A DNA stretch of 64,000 nucleotides from an uncultured SAR86 cluster bacterium (lineage in GTDB: Bacteria; Pseudomonadota; Gammaproteobacteria; Magnimaribacterales; Magnimaribacteraceae). Under the pieces are notes generated by a model. It did not search any database, was not told the origin of the DNA, and worked only from the letters and a program-made list of their open reading frames with translations. Shown piece after piece: positions 53,903 to 63,714 of this stretch (its first letter is position 1; each line of letters begins with the position of its first letter). The position numbers and the translations under genes are program-made. The stretch is taken from positions 5,200-69,199 of the forward strand of contig CACOMS010000006.1 of assembly GCA_902628375.1 (NCBI GenBank), in the 5' to 3' direction.

Positions 53903-55959
53903 TAACTGGCTTCCTTGGTAAGAATAATGGCAGGCTGAAATGAGTAACTAATAAAATCAGCCATAACATTAGCTGCTTCTTTTAGAACTTGCTCTTCTAT
54001 ATCAAGTTCTTCTATATCTTCTCTATCTAAATATTCCGTATAAGAAACAAACGTTTTAAGTCCAAGTTTTTCTCTCAAACTATTTTCCATAGATAGGATT
54101 ATGTTCTCATATTCTTCTTTCTTTATTTTTCTTTGTTCTAAATTTATAGAAATCCATTTTTGATCCTTCCTTTCATCCCTCAATGAAATTAGTTTCTGAT
54201 AATGGTCAAAAATTAAAGATTCCTCAATCCTGTCTTCACTCATTTTTTTTAAAAAGGGAAGAGAAGATCCAAGCCTATTAAAGTTTTTAAACCTTGTTGA
54301 AGCAATTTGATCATACTCCAGAGCCTGAGGTAATAATCCTTCTCCAACTTCTTCTGAATCTATAAAGCTCGGTAGATAAAGGTTTGGTTGAATTCCTTTA
54401 CTTTGCGTACTTCCTCCAGAAACCCTATAAAACTTAGATTCAGTAAACTTTATTTGTCCTTTCGAAAGAGCTTCTAGCCTTTGAACCGTTCCTTTACCAA
54501 AAGTATCAGTTCCTAAAATTAGACCTCTTTTATAATCTTGAATAGCTCCAGCTAAAATCTCAGAAGCTGATGCACTAGCTCTGTTAACCAATATAATCAG
54601 AGGATCATCATAGGATTGAAATCCTCTTATTCTTCCTATTCTATCTATTCTTCCATCTGAGTTTTTTACTTGGACTTTAGTTCCTCCGCCAAGAAATAAT
54701 TGGGCAAGTGCGTTGGCCTCTAAAAGAGATCCTCCTCCATTATTTCTTAGATCCAAGATTAAGCCATCAATAGATTCTTTTTTTAGTTCATTTATTAAAT
54801 TCTTTACGTCTTTACTTGAACTTTTGTAATCGTAAACACCCTTATTATATGCTTCAAAATCCATATAAAATGCTGGAAGTTTTATTACCCCAAAGCTGAA
54901 AGATTTACCGTTTCTTTCTAAGTCAATTATTCTTTTTTCTGCATCTTGATCTTCTAGTTTTACATTTCCTCTTGTGATCTCTATTACTTCAGTTTCAGTA
55001 TCAGGAGAAGAGGCAGGGATAATTTCTAATTTTACTTTTGTACCTTTTGGTCCTCTGATTAGGTTTACTACATCATCTATACGCCAACCAATTACATCAG
55101 TTAATTCTTTATCTTTTTCTTGTCCCACAGCGACTATCCTGTCATCTGCTTCTAGGGTTTCAGATTTTTCAGCTGGGCCTCCTGGAACTAGAGACGAAAT
55201 AGAAGTGTAAATACAATCACTAGTCAAAAGAGCGCCTATCCCTTCTAGAGAAAGGCTCATTTCTATTTCAAAGTCTTCAGTTCTTCTAGGAGAAAAATAT
55301 GAAGTATGTGGATCATAAGAAGAAGCAATTGAGTTTATAAAAAGGCCAAATACATCTTCATTTCTCGTTTGTAAGAAATTATTTCTTTGACAATTAATTT
55401 GTTTGCTTAATTTAGATTTAACTTCATCTTCTTCATTTCCATTAACTAGTAGTTGAATAACGTTATTGATAAATTGGCTTGTCCAGAGATTAACTAGCTC
55501 TTCTTCAGTTTTAAACCAAGGCGCTTCACTTCTATCTACAAGTATTTTGCTATCCTGATAAAGATTCAATGAATCAATTTGTTCTAGTAAAGCTAAATGA
55601 AGCTTTGATCTCTGCTCATATCTTTTTTGATAAATCTTAAATAAATCAAATGAAAAGGTGAGTTGAGAGTTTAAAAGCTTATCCCCTGACTGCTGAGCTT
55701 GTTGACTTAATACTTCTTCTTCTAGAAGAAATGATCTACTTGGATCTAATCTTTCTAAATAAATATCTGAGGCATCTGAGTAAATTTCCTCATATTCTTT
55801 TTTCGAGTAATGTCTTTTTTCAAGTAAGGAAATGATTTCATAAGCTAATGAAATGTCATCCTCAGATTGATTTATTTCATCAGAAATAGATGCGTTGGAG
55901 AATCCAAAGACCACAAAAGAAAGCAAATAGGCATAGACGAATTTTGTTTTATTTGTCAT
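53902..55959 (-). CDS. prc: Carboxy-terminal processing (tail-specific) protease, S41 family
   Basis: 685 aa; PDZ region, 'LDLRNNGGG', catalytic 'NRASASASEILAG' and 'TFGKGTVQ'; stop shares 1 nt with the xthA start. Confidence 0.85.
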   Translation of the reverse strand: MTNKTKFVYAYLLSFVVFGFSNASISDEINQSEDDISLAYEIISLLEKRHYSKKEYEEIYSDASDIYLERLDPSRSFLLEEEVLSQQAQQSGDKLLNSQLTFSFDLFKIYQKRYEQRSKLHLALLEQIDSLNLYQDSKILVDRSEAPWFKTEEELVNLWTSQFINNVIQLLVNGNEEDEVKSKLSKQINCQRNNFLQTRNEDVFGLFINSIASSYDPHTSYFSPRRTEDFEIEMSLSLEGIGALLTSDCIYTSISSLVPGGPAEKSETLEADDRIVAVGQEKDKELTDVIGWRIDDVVNLIRGPKGTKVKLEIIPASSPDTETEVIEITRGNVKLEDQDAEKRIIDLERNGKSFSFGVIKLPAFYMDFEAYNKGVYDYKSSSKDVKNLINELKKESIDGLILDLRNNGGGSLLEANALAQLFLGGGTKVQVKNSDGRIDRIGRIRGFQSYDDPLIILVNRASASASEILAGAIQDYKRGLILGTDTFGKGTVQRLEALSKGQIKFTESKFYRVSGGSTQSKGIQPNLYLPSFIDSEEVGEGLLPQALEYDQIASTRFKNFNRLGSSLPFLKKMSEDRIEESLIFDHYQKLISLRDERKDQKWISINLEQRKIKKEEYENIILSMENSLREKLGLKTFVSYTEYLDREDIEELDIEEQVLKEAANVMADFISYSFQPAIILTKEAS

Positions 55960-56034
55960 CAGAAGATAATTAGGATTTTTTTAGGACTTTTATTTACTTA
56001 ATAACAGATTACTATATCTTCTATCTCAATAAAA

Positions 56035-57009
56035 ATGAATAAAGATAGGTATAAAAATTTAGGAATCAAACCCTATGAAAAAGGTTTGTTAGATTTAAGT
56101 GATAACGTCTATTGCTATCTACAACCAGATGGTGGCTGGGGGTGGAGTAATGCAGGACTTATAGTTGATGAAGAAGAAAGTTTAATTGTTGATACACTTT
56201 TTGATGAAGATCTAACAAATGAGATGCTAAAACAGATGAGGGGAGCTGAACCAAAAGCTATGGAAAACATAGTTTCTTTGGTGAACAGTCATTCAAACGG
56301 AGATCATTGCAATGGTAATAACTGTGTAAAAACCAACGAAATTATATGCAGTGTTTCAACTTTAGAAGAAATGGCTCATGAGTCTCCTGAAGTTATGGCA
56401 AATTTAATTGAGAATGCATCTGAAATGGGAGAACTAGGTAAGTTTTTCTTAGATTGCTTCGGAAGTTTTAACTTTAAAGGCGTTACTAGAAGATTACCCA
56501 ATACAACTTTTACCGGACAAACTGAGAGGTATGTGGGAGACAAAAGAATTGAGCTCATTGAAGTTGGCCCAGCTCATACCAATGGAGATATCCTCGTTTA
56601 TGTACCTAGTGATAAAACTGTATTCACTGGAGATATTCTATTTATAGAAGGGCACCCTATACTTTGGGCTGGCCCTGTTAAAAACTGGATAGCAGCTTGC
56701 GATAAAATTATATCCATGGATATAGATTTTGTAGTACCAGGCCATGGTCCTGTTACAGATAAAAGAGGAGTTAAGGCAGTTAAGGATTATTTAATTTATA
56801 TAAGAGATCAAGCTGAGATAAGATTTCATAATGGAATGAGCGCTTTGGAGGCATCAAAGGACATTGACCTAAGTGATTTTGAGTCTTGGGGTGATGCAGA
56901 AAGGATAGCAGTAAATGTTAATTCACTTTATAGAGAGTTTAAGCAAGAAACATTGAGAGAAGATATAACAATTCTATTTTCACAAATGGCAGAGTTAGCT
57001 AACAAATGA
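56035..57009 (+). CDS. MBL-fold metallo-hydrolase
   Basis: 324 aa; 'NSHSNGDHCNGN' (HxHxDH variant), 'GPAHTNGD', 'VVPGHGP'. Confidence 0.8.
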   Translation: MNKDRYKNLGIKPYEKGLLDLSDNVYCYLQPDGGWGWSNAGLIVDEEESLIVDTLFDEDLTNEMLKQMRGAEPKAMENIVSLVNSHSNGDHCNGNNCVKTNEIICSVSTLEEMAHESPEVMANLIENASEMGELGKFFLDCFGSFNFKGVTRRLPNTTFTGQTERYVGDKRIELIEVGPAHTNGDILVYVPSDKTVFTGDILFIEGHPILWAGPVKNWIAACDKIISMDIDFVVPGHGPVTDKRGVKAVKDYLIYIRDQAEIRFHNGMSALEASKDIDLSDFESWGDAERIAVNVNSLYREFKQETLREDITILFSQMAELANK

Positions 57010-57617
57010 GCAATAATAAATTAGAGTTTTTCTACGATTGCAGTAGTCCATGGACATACCTGGCTTTTTCTGAAATAGAAAATTTAACTACTAGACATAA
57101 ACTCGATTTAATATGGAAACCTATTCTTGTGGGGGGAGTATTTAACGCCGTTAATCCAAGCGTCTATGCAACTAGAGCTAATCCAGTAAAAGAAAAAAGC
57201 AAATATTCAAATAAAGACTTACAAGATTGGTGCAAGGTTAGGGGCATAGTAATCAACTGGCCTAAAGTTTTCCCTGTTAACAGCGTTAAAGCAATGAGAG
57301 GTGCTTTTTATGCCATAGAAAAAGGATCTATATCAGAATATTCTTCTAAAGTTTTTTATAGTTATTGGACAGAAGGTAAAGACATTTCTCAGCCTGCCAT
57401 TCTTTCTGAAATTATAAATTCCCTTAATATAAATGAAGAGGAATTCTTTTCTTACATTGAAGAAGAAACAACAAAGCAAGCACTAAAATTAAATACACAA
57501 GAACTTATGGATAGAGGGGGGTTTGGCTCTCCCACTATTTACCTGAATGAAACAGATATGTTTTTTGGAAACGATAGACTTCAATTAATTGATGAGCTAA
57601 TAAACATCAATCCATAA
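57006..57617 (+). CDS. 2-hydroxychromene-2-carboxylate isomerase / DsbA-like (kappa-GST-like) protein
   Basis: 203 aa; 'FFYDCSSPWTYLAF', 'GSPTIYLNETDMFFGNDRL'; ATGA overlap with the MBL gene. Confidence 0.75.
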   Translation: MSNNKLEFFYDCSSPWTYLAFSEIENLTTRHKLDLIWKPILVGGVFNAVNPSVYATRANPVKEKSKYSNKDLQDWCKVRGIVINWPKVFPVNSVKAMRGAFYAIEKGSISEYSSKVFYSYWTEGKDISQPAILSEIINSLNINEEEFFSYIEEETTKQALKLNTQELMDRGGFGSPTIYLNETDMFFGNDRLQLIDELININP

Positions 57618-58608
57618 CTATAGCAACTTTACCCAGAAGCTTTCTCTGCTCCAAAAATCTAATGGCTTCTTTAGATTCTAGTAATGGAAATTCTCTACAT
57701 ACATATGGTTGAAAAGCCCCAGTTTCTGCAATATCTCTAATTGCTTGATTGTTTTCTTCCCCTTTAATTGGGTCTCTTCTTCCATATTCACCAGCTCGAA
57801 CTCCAATGATTGAAAACCCTTTTATTAGAGGCATATTGACAGGAGCTGAAGGTATTCTTCCACTTGCAAACCCTACAATTAGTAATCTACCTCCCCAGTT
57901 AATGCATCTTATTGATTCATCAAAAACATCTCCTCCAACTGGGTCATAGATGACATCTGCTCCTTTTCCATCAGTTAAATCCTTTACCTCTCCTCTAAAA
58001 GAAACATTTTCATCTTTGTGAGTTAGAACGATATGATCTGCGCCCCAATCTTTAGTTTTTTCTAATTTTTCTAATGAAGTTCCTGTTGCAATTACTTTAG
58101 CATCTAAGTGTTTTGCTAATTGAACTGCAGCCATTCCAACACCTCCGGTAGATCCATGAACTAGGACCGTTTCTCCTTTAATCACTTCGCCTCTTCTTAC
58201 TAAAGAAACATAAGCAGTTAGATATGCAGTCTGGAATGAAGCGGCTTGAGAAAAATCTAGAGTTTTAGGTTTTAATTTTACTCCTTGCTCTGGAACCTTT
58301 ATAAATTCTGAGAAGGCTCCTGTTCCCCAAGACCCAAAAGTGACTTCATCTCCTAAATTTAAGTTTTTCACCGAATCGCCTGCCTTTACTATGACTCCTG
58401 AACCTTCCATACCAAGAACAAAAGGTAATTCTGGTTTGTGTTGATATTTTCCTTGAGTCATTAAAAGATCAGGAAAATTGACTGATGCAGCTTTTACTTT
58501 AATAAGAACTTCATTGCCTGTGGGGTCTTCCGTTTCAGTTTCTTTAATTTCAACTCCAGATAAGTCATCAGTGATTTCAGAACAAACTAAAGCTAACCCT
58601 TTATTCAT
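57607..58608 (-). CDS. NADPH:quinone oxidoreductase (MDR superfamily, zeta-crystallin-like)
   Basis: 333 aa; 'VNFPDLLMTQGKY', 'VHGSTGGVGMAAVQLAK'. Confidence 0.8.
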   Translation of the reverse strand: MNKGLALVCSEITDDLSGVEIKETETEDPTGNEVLIKVKAASVNFPDLLMTQGKYQHKPELPFVLGMEGSGVIVKAGDSVKNLNLGDEVTFGSWGTGAFSEFIKVPEQGVKLKPKTLDFSQAASFQTAYLTAYVSLVRRGEVIKGETVLVHGSTGGVGMAAVQLAKHLDAKVIATGTSLEKLEKTKDWGADHIVLTHKDENVSFRGEVKDLTDGKGADVIYDPVGGDVFDESIRCINWGGRLLIVGFASGRIPSAPVNMPLIKGFSIIGVRAGEYGRRDPIKGEENNQAIRDIAETGAFQPYVCREFPLLESKEAIRFLEQRKLLGKVAIVMD

Positions 58609-58610
58609 TT

Positions 58611-59333
58611 TTATTCTTTTTGTTCTTCAGCTGATTTTTTTATCGACGAAGAAGTTTGATTAAACATCATATCCAGACTCTCTTTGGTTTGTTTCTTTCC
58701 AAAAGATCTTGCCTCTTTCCCTACATCAATTCCTCTTCTAACAGCAGGCCTATTCTTGATATCATCAAACCATCTTCTTACATTCGAAAAGGAATCAAGA
58801 TCTACTTCATATCTTTTATAAGCTGTTACCCATGGAAAAGAAGCCATATCAGCTATCGAATAATTACCTGCTAAGTATTCTCTAGACTCTAGAACGTTGT
58901 TCATTACTCCTAATAATCGATCGTATTCATTTTTATATCTTTTTTCTGAGTAAGAATGATCTCCTGGGAAGTTAGGAGCATAATTAACAAAATGACTAAC
59001 TTGTCCTGCCATAGGTCCTAGTCCCCCAATCTGCCAGAATAACCATTCCAAAACCCTAACTCTTTCTCTCTCATCCTCCCCAAAGAAACGACCAGATTTT
59101 TCTGCTAAATACATTAGGATAGCACCCGATTCAAAAACACTTATTGGATCACTCAAAGAGTTATCAACAATTACTGGCATCCTATTGTTCGGACTTATCT
59201 TTAAAAAATCAGGTTTAAATTGGTCTCCTTTTCCCAGATTTACAGGAATAACTTTATAAGGCATTGAGCATTCTTCTAACATTATGGTAATTTTCCAACC
59301 ATTGGGTGTAGGAGCGTAGTACAGATCAATCAT
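58611..59333 (-). CDS. Glutathione S-transferase, Nu-class (YfcG/YghU-like)
   Basis: 240 aa; 'MIDLYYAPTPNGWKITIMLEE', 'NRMPVIVD', 'FESGAILMYL'. Confidence 0.8.
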   Translation of the reverse strand: MIDLYYAPTPNGWKITIMLEECSMPYKVIPVNLGKGDQFKPDFLKISPNNRMPVIVDNSLSDPISVFESGAILMYLAEKSGRFFGEDERERVRVLEWLFWQIGGLGPMAGQVSHFVNYAPNFPGDHSYSEKRYKNEYDRLLGVMNNVLESREYLAGNYSIADMASFPWVTAYKRYEVDLDSFSNVRRWFDDIKNRPAVRRGIDVGKEARSFGKKQTKESLDMMFNQTSSSIKKSAEEQKE

Positions 59334-59343
59334 TTCTTTTCTC

Positions 59344-60207
59344 TTATTTAATTAATAGTTTATCTTTTTTTAACCAAATTTGATTAAGCCAATCTTTTAT
59401 TTCTTGTCTAAAAGATTCATCATTTAAGTAGTCATTTCCAAAAAAAGATTCTGGTATCTCAATTATTTCAACTTCAACAGTTACATCATTCATTTTTCCA
59501 CACAAGAACTTCCAAAATGTTCTATGTTCAGAATCATATTTTATAGTGAAATTAATAAAGGATTTTATATATGGCATAGTTGAAAGCGCTAAGGCTATTC
59601 CTCCTGTCTTAGGTAGTAATAGCTTTTGATATGGAGATTTTTGTTTTAGTTTCTTGTCTTCAGTAAACCTTGTTCCTTCTGCAAAGCTAAAAATAGATAC
59701 AGGATATCTTGAATATCTCCCAAAAGATTTTTTCATTTGTTCAATATCTCTTCCCCTTAATTTAGGATTTTTTTCTAATTGATCTTTTGTATATCTCTTG
59801 AGAAAGGGCATGTCTAACGCCCACCAGGCTAAACCAATTATAGGCACCCATTTGAGAACATCTTTCATAAAAAACTTCAACATAGGAATATTTCTATTTG
59901 TAATACTTTGTAGCACGAAAATATCAGCCCAAGATTGGTGGTTAGCTGTTACTAAATACCAATTTTTTGAGTCGAGTTTCTGAAAGCCATTAACTTTCCA
60001 TTTTGGTTTATGTAATAGATTTATCCATGCTTTGTTGCAGAAAATCCAACACTCACCAATGAAAATAATTAGTTTTGTAAAAAAAATCTTCCAGCTTTCT
60101 ATGGGTAGTAATAACTTTAAGACAGCAAAGGAAAGTAAAAATATGCACCAAAATAAAGTGTTTAATAAAACAAAAATAAAAGCTGTTACGCCAATCAGAG
60201 CACTCAC
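59344..60207 (-). CDS. Lysophospholipid (PlsC/YihG-like) acyltransferase
   Basis: 287 aa; N-terminal TMs; 'ANHQSWADI' (HX4D) and 'SFAEGTRF'. Confidence 0.75.
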   Translation of the reverse strand: MSALIGVTAFIFVLLNTLFWCIFLLSFAVLKLLLPIESWKIFFTKLIIFIGECWIFCNKAWINLLHKPKWKVNGFQKLDSKNWYLVTANHQSWADIFVLQSITNRNIPMLKFFMKDVLKWVPIIGLAWWALDMPFLKRYTKDQLEKNPKLRGRDIEQMKKSFGRYSRYPVSIFSFAEGTRFTEDKKLKQKSPYQKLLLPKTGGIALALSTMPYIKSFINFTIKYDSEHRTFWKFLCGKMNDVTVEVEIIEIPESFFGNDYLNDESFRQEIKDWLNQIWLKKDKLLIK

Positions 60208-60222
60208 AACTAAGTTTTGTCT

Positions 60223-61362
60223 TTAATATTCACTAAGCGTAGCGTATCTATCTATATGATAATCTGATGAACCAAATATTTGCTCAGCTACTCGAGATCT
60301 TTTAAGAAAAAACCCTATGTCAAATTCATCTGTAACTCCAATTCCTCCATGCATTTGTACAGCTTCATTACTGACAAGGTGAAGGGTTTCTCCGGCCTTA
60401 AATTTAGCCAAGCTAGCAAACCTAGCTCTATCATTAGAATTTTCATCCACAGCATTCAAAGCTCCAACCACCGCAGACTTTGTTAATTCTAGTTCGGTAA
60501 ACATAATTGCAGCTCTATGCTGAAGGGCTTGAAATGAACCTATTACAGATCCAAACTGCTTTCTTTCTTTTAAGTATTCAAGAGTCCTTTCAAAAGCTTC
60601 TAATGCACTACCTAACATTTCAGAAGATAAACCTATTTGAGCTCTTTCAAGAACTTCCTCTATTACAGGATATCCTGTATCCGGGGCACCTAAGATTGAA
60701 CCTTCATTAACTACTACATCCTTGAAATATATTTCTGAAGAATTTCTAGAATCTACCATATGAGTTCTTTCTATATTCAATCCATTTGTATTTTTATCAA
60801 TAAGAAATAAAGTTATTCCTCCCTCATCATGAGTTTCTCCGCTCGTTCTAGCAGCAACAATCAAGACATCTGCTGAATGACCATCAAGCACAAAAGTTTT
60901 ATGGCCATTAATTATGTAATCTTTACCTTTCCTTTTGGCTTGTGTTGATACATTTACAGGAGAATGTCTTGGACCTTCCTCTAAGGCAAAAGCTGTAGTT
61001 AAGTCTCCAGAAGCCATCTTAGGTAAGTATTCATTTTTTTGATTCTCAGTTCCAGCTAACTCCAGAAAACTTACTCCAATAAGAGCTGTAGAAAAAAGCG
61101 GTGAGGGAACAAGAGTTCTTCCAGTTTCTTCTAATATCCCACCAAGACCCATCATTCCAAATTCAGATCCACCATATTTTTCTGAAACCAAAATTCCTGC
61201 CCATCCAAGTTCAGCCATTTTCTTCCAGATTTCTTTACTATAGCCATTCTCATCTTTTGAATCTCTTAAGTCTCTAAAATGAGAAATAGGAGCATTTTTT
61301 TGCAAGAATTCTTTTGCTGTATCTTTGAGGAATTGTTGTTCTTCGTTTAGTAATAAAGACAT
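60223..61362 (-). CDS. Acyl-CoA dehydrogenase family protein (no Glu at the canonical Y-E-G-T position)
   Basis: 379 aa; ACAD N/M/C layout, 'AVQMHGGIGVTDEF'; C-terminal 'QIFGSSDYHIDR' where the MCAD type has IYEGTSEIQR. Confidence 0.75.
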   Translation of the reverse strand: MSLLLNEEQQFLKDTAKEFLQKNAPISHFRDLRDSKDENGYSKEIWKKMAELGWAGILVSEKYGGSEFGMMGLGGILEETGRTLVPSPLFSTALIGVSFLELAGTENQKNEYLPKMASGDLTTAFALEEGPRHSPVNVSTQAKRKGKDYIINGHKTFVLDGHSADVLIVAARTSGETHDEGGITLFLIDKNTNGLNIERTHMVDSRNSSEIYFKDVVVNEGSILGAPDTGYPVIEEVLERAQIGLSSEMLGSALEAFERTLEYLKERKQFGSVIGSFQALQHRAAIMFTELELTKSAVVGALNAVDENSNDRARFASLAKFKAGETLHLVSNEAVQMHGGIGVTDEFDIGFFLKRSRVAEQIFGSSDYHIDRYATLSEY

Positions 61363-61376
61363 AAATGTTCTCCTTT

Positions 61377-62573
61377 CTATTTATCTGGAAGATTAAGGAC
61401 TCTTTTGGAAATAACATTAAGTTGTACCTCAGATGTACCACCTTCTATTGAATTTCCTTTTGTTCTTAACCAGTCTCTTGTAATAGCTAATTCTTCTGCT
61501 GAAAACGGTTCTCCTTCCCAACCTAAAGCATTCGTGCCCATTGCTTCTAACATAAGTTCATATCTAGATTTATTTTGTTCTGTTCCATAATACTTGCTTA
61601 TAGAAGCTGTTGCGCTTGGACCTCCTGATTTCATTTCTTCACCCATTCTCTGAAGAGTTAAGCCAAAAGCTCTCGAATTGAGATCGTGCTTAGCAATTTT
61701 TGTTCTTAAAATTGAATCTGATAATTTATTTTCTTTATTAGAGCCCGCATATTTTTTTCCTAATTGGGCCAAGGCTGAAGTTTTACTTTTTTGGCCAGAA
61801 TTACCTGAACCTAGTCCCATACCAGAAATCATAGACCTTTCATGTTGTAATAATCTCTTTGCTATAGTCCATCCTTCATTCAATGTACCAATTAAATTTT
61901 CTTTTGGAGCCTTGGCATTTGTAAAGAAAGTTTCACAAAAAGGTGATTTACCACTGATTAATTTAATAGGTTTTACTTCTACTCCAGGTTGATCCATATC
62001 TATTAGAAGAAAACTAATACCTTCGTGTTTAGGATCTTGTGGACCTGTTCTGACTAAGCAAAAAATCATATCTGCGTAATTGGCATTCGAGGTCCAAATT
62101 TTTTGACCATTAACTACGTATTCATCGCCTTCAAGTACAGCCTTTGTTGATAGGCTAGCTAGGTCTGAACCAGATCCTGGTTCACTATACCCTTGGCACC
62201 ACCATATTTTCCCTTTTACTATATTAGGGATGTGTTCAAGTTTTTGCTCATGAGATGCAAATTCAAGGAGAGCTGGACCAAGCATCCATATACCAAAACT
62301 ACCTAAGGCAGATCTAGCGCCTATTGCCGACATCTCTTCTTGGAGGATTTTATTTTCTTCATAAGAGAGTCCACCACCACCATATTCTTTTGGCCAAGTA
62401 GGACATGTCCATCCTTTGTCGCCCATTTTTTCAAGCCAAATTTCCTGATCAGGATGAGAAAAAGAAGGATTTCTTCCTCCCCAGCATATATCTCCTGGTT
62501 TCCTCATCTCAGGAGGACAATTTGTTTCTAACCAATCTCTAGTTTCTTCTCTAAATGTTTGAAGGTCGCTCAT
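61377..62573 (-). CDS. Acyl-CoA dehydrogenase family protein
   Basis: 398 aa; 'WWCQGYSEPGSGSDLASL', 'GQKIWTSNA', C-terminal 'SIEGGTSEVQLNVI'. Confidence 0.8.
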   Translation of the reverse strand: MSDLQTFREETRDWLETNCPPEMRKPGDICWGGRNPSFSHPDQEIWLEKMGDKGWTCPTWPKEYGGGGLSYEENKILQEEMSAIGARSALGSFGIWMLGPALLEFASHEQKLEHIPNIVKGKIWWCQGYSEPGSGSDLASLSTKAVLEGDEYVVNGQKIWTSNANYADMIFCLVRTGPQDPKHEGISFLLIDMDQPGVEVKPIKLISGKSPFCETFFTNAKAPKENLIGTLNEGWTIAKRLLQHERSMISGMGLGSGNSGQKSKTSALAQLGKKYAGSNKENKLSDSILRTKIAKHDLNSRAFGLTLQRMGEEMKSGGPSATASISKYYGTEQNKSRYELMLEAMGTNALGWEGEPFSAEELAITRDWLRTKGNSIEGGTSEVQLNVISKRVLNLPDK

Positions 62574-62661
62574 ATTAATCCTTGAATGTTTGTTGCAAAA
62601 AAAAAGTTTGAAGTTATTCTATTAAATCAAATTTAGAAATAAAAGAAAGGGAGAAAAAAAG

Positions 62662-63714
62662 ATGAAAGCTTACCAAGTAGTAGCTAATGGGGAGCCGTTA
62701 GAAGAAAGAGAATTAGACACTCCTCAACCAACAGGATCTGAAGTTTTATTAAAAACAGTTTCTTGTGGGGTCTGTCACTCAGATGTTCATATTCATGATG
62801 GTTATTTTGATCTCGGTGGTGGAGTTCAATTGCCTTCTCCTCTTCCTGGTGGCGAACCTTTAACTATGGGTCATGAGATTTTTGGGGAGGTGACAGCAAT
62901 AGGCGAAGAAGTTGAAGGTATAAATGTAGGTCAAAAATATGTAGCCTATCCTTGGATGGGTTGTGGGGATTGTGATCTTTGTAATGATGACATGACTCAT
63001 TATTGTCCTAATAACTCTAATCTTGGTATTCACGTTGGTGGTGGCTATGGAGATCATGTATTAGTTCCACATTCCAAATATTTATTTGATGCAGCTGATA
63101 CTCCGGATAGTCTGGCAGGTAGTTATGCCTGCAGAGGATTAACTGCCTATAGTGCGTTAAAGAAAGCTGGACCTTATACGAAGGATAATTCTTTAGTAAT
63201 AGTCTCTGCTGGAGGTTTAGGTTTGTTGGCCCTAAAAATTGCAAAAGCAGCTTATGGAATAAGCCCTATAGTAATTGATATAGATGATGAGAAGCTGGGT
63301 ATGGCCAGTCAATTAGGAGCATCTGCTACCATCAATTCAACAGAAGAGGGTGCAGCTGAGAAGTTATTAGAACTAACAGAAGGTGGAGCAAGATCTATAG
63401 TAGACTTTGTTGGAGCCGAAGCTTCAGTTAATTTCGGCTATAACCTTCTTGCCAGAGGAGGTACTTACGTAATTGTAGGGCTATTTGGAGGTCAAATTAG
63501 TGTTCCTTTGCCCATGCAGGCGCTTTTTGAGAAGAAGTTAATGGGTTCATATGTAGGAAGTTTAGGCGACATGCAAGAGCTTATGGAATTAGTTGTAGCA
63601 GGAAAGATCGAGCCCGTTGACGTAGAGACAAGAGATGTTTCTGAGGTAAATAGAACCCTAGAAGAAATGAAAGAGGGAAAGTTACTGGGAATGGTGGCTT
63701 TAACTCACGATTAA
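62662..63714 (+). CDS. Zinc-dependent alcohol dehydrogenase (MDR family)
   Basis: 350 aa; 'CGVCHSDVH', 'GHEIFGEV', structural-Zn Cys cluster 'GCGDCDLCNDDMTHYC', 'VSAGGLGLLA'. Confidence 0.85.
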   Translation: MKAYQVVANGEPLEERELDTPQPTGSEVLLKTVSCGVCHSDVHIHDGYFDLGGGVQLPSPLPGGEPLTMGHEIFGEVTAIGEEVEGINVGQKYVAYPWMGCGDCDLCNDDMTHYCPNNSNLGIHVGGGYGDHVLVPHSKYLFDAADTPDSLAGSYACRGLTAYSALKKAGPYTKDNSLVIVSAGGLGLLALKIAKAAYGISPIVIDIDDEKLGMASQLGASATINSTEEGAAEKLLELTEGGARSIVDFVGAEASVNFGYNLLARGGTYVIVGLFGGQISVPLPMQALFEKKLMGSYVGSLGDMQELMELVVAGKIEPVDVETRDVSEVNRTLEEMKEGKLLGMVALTHD

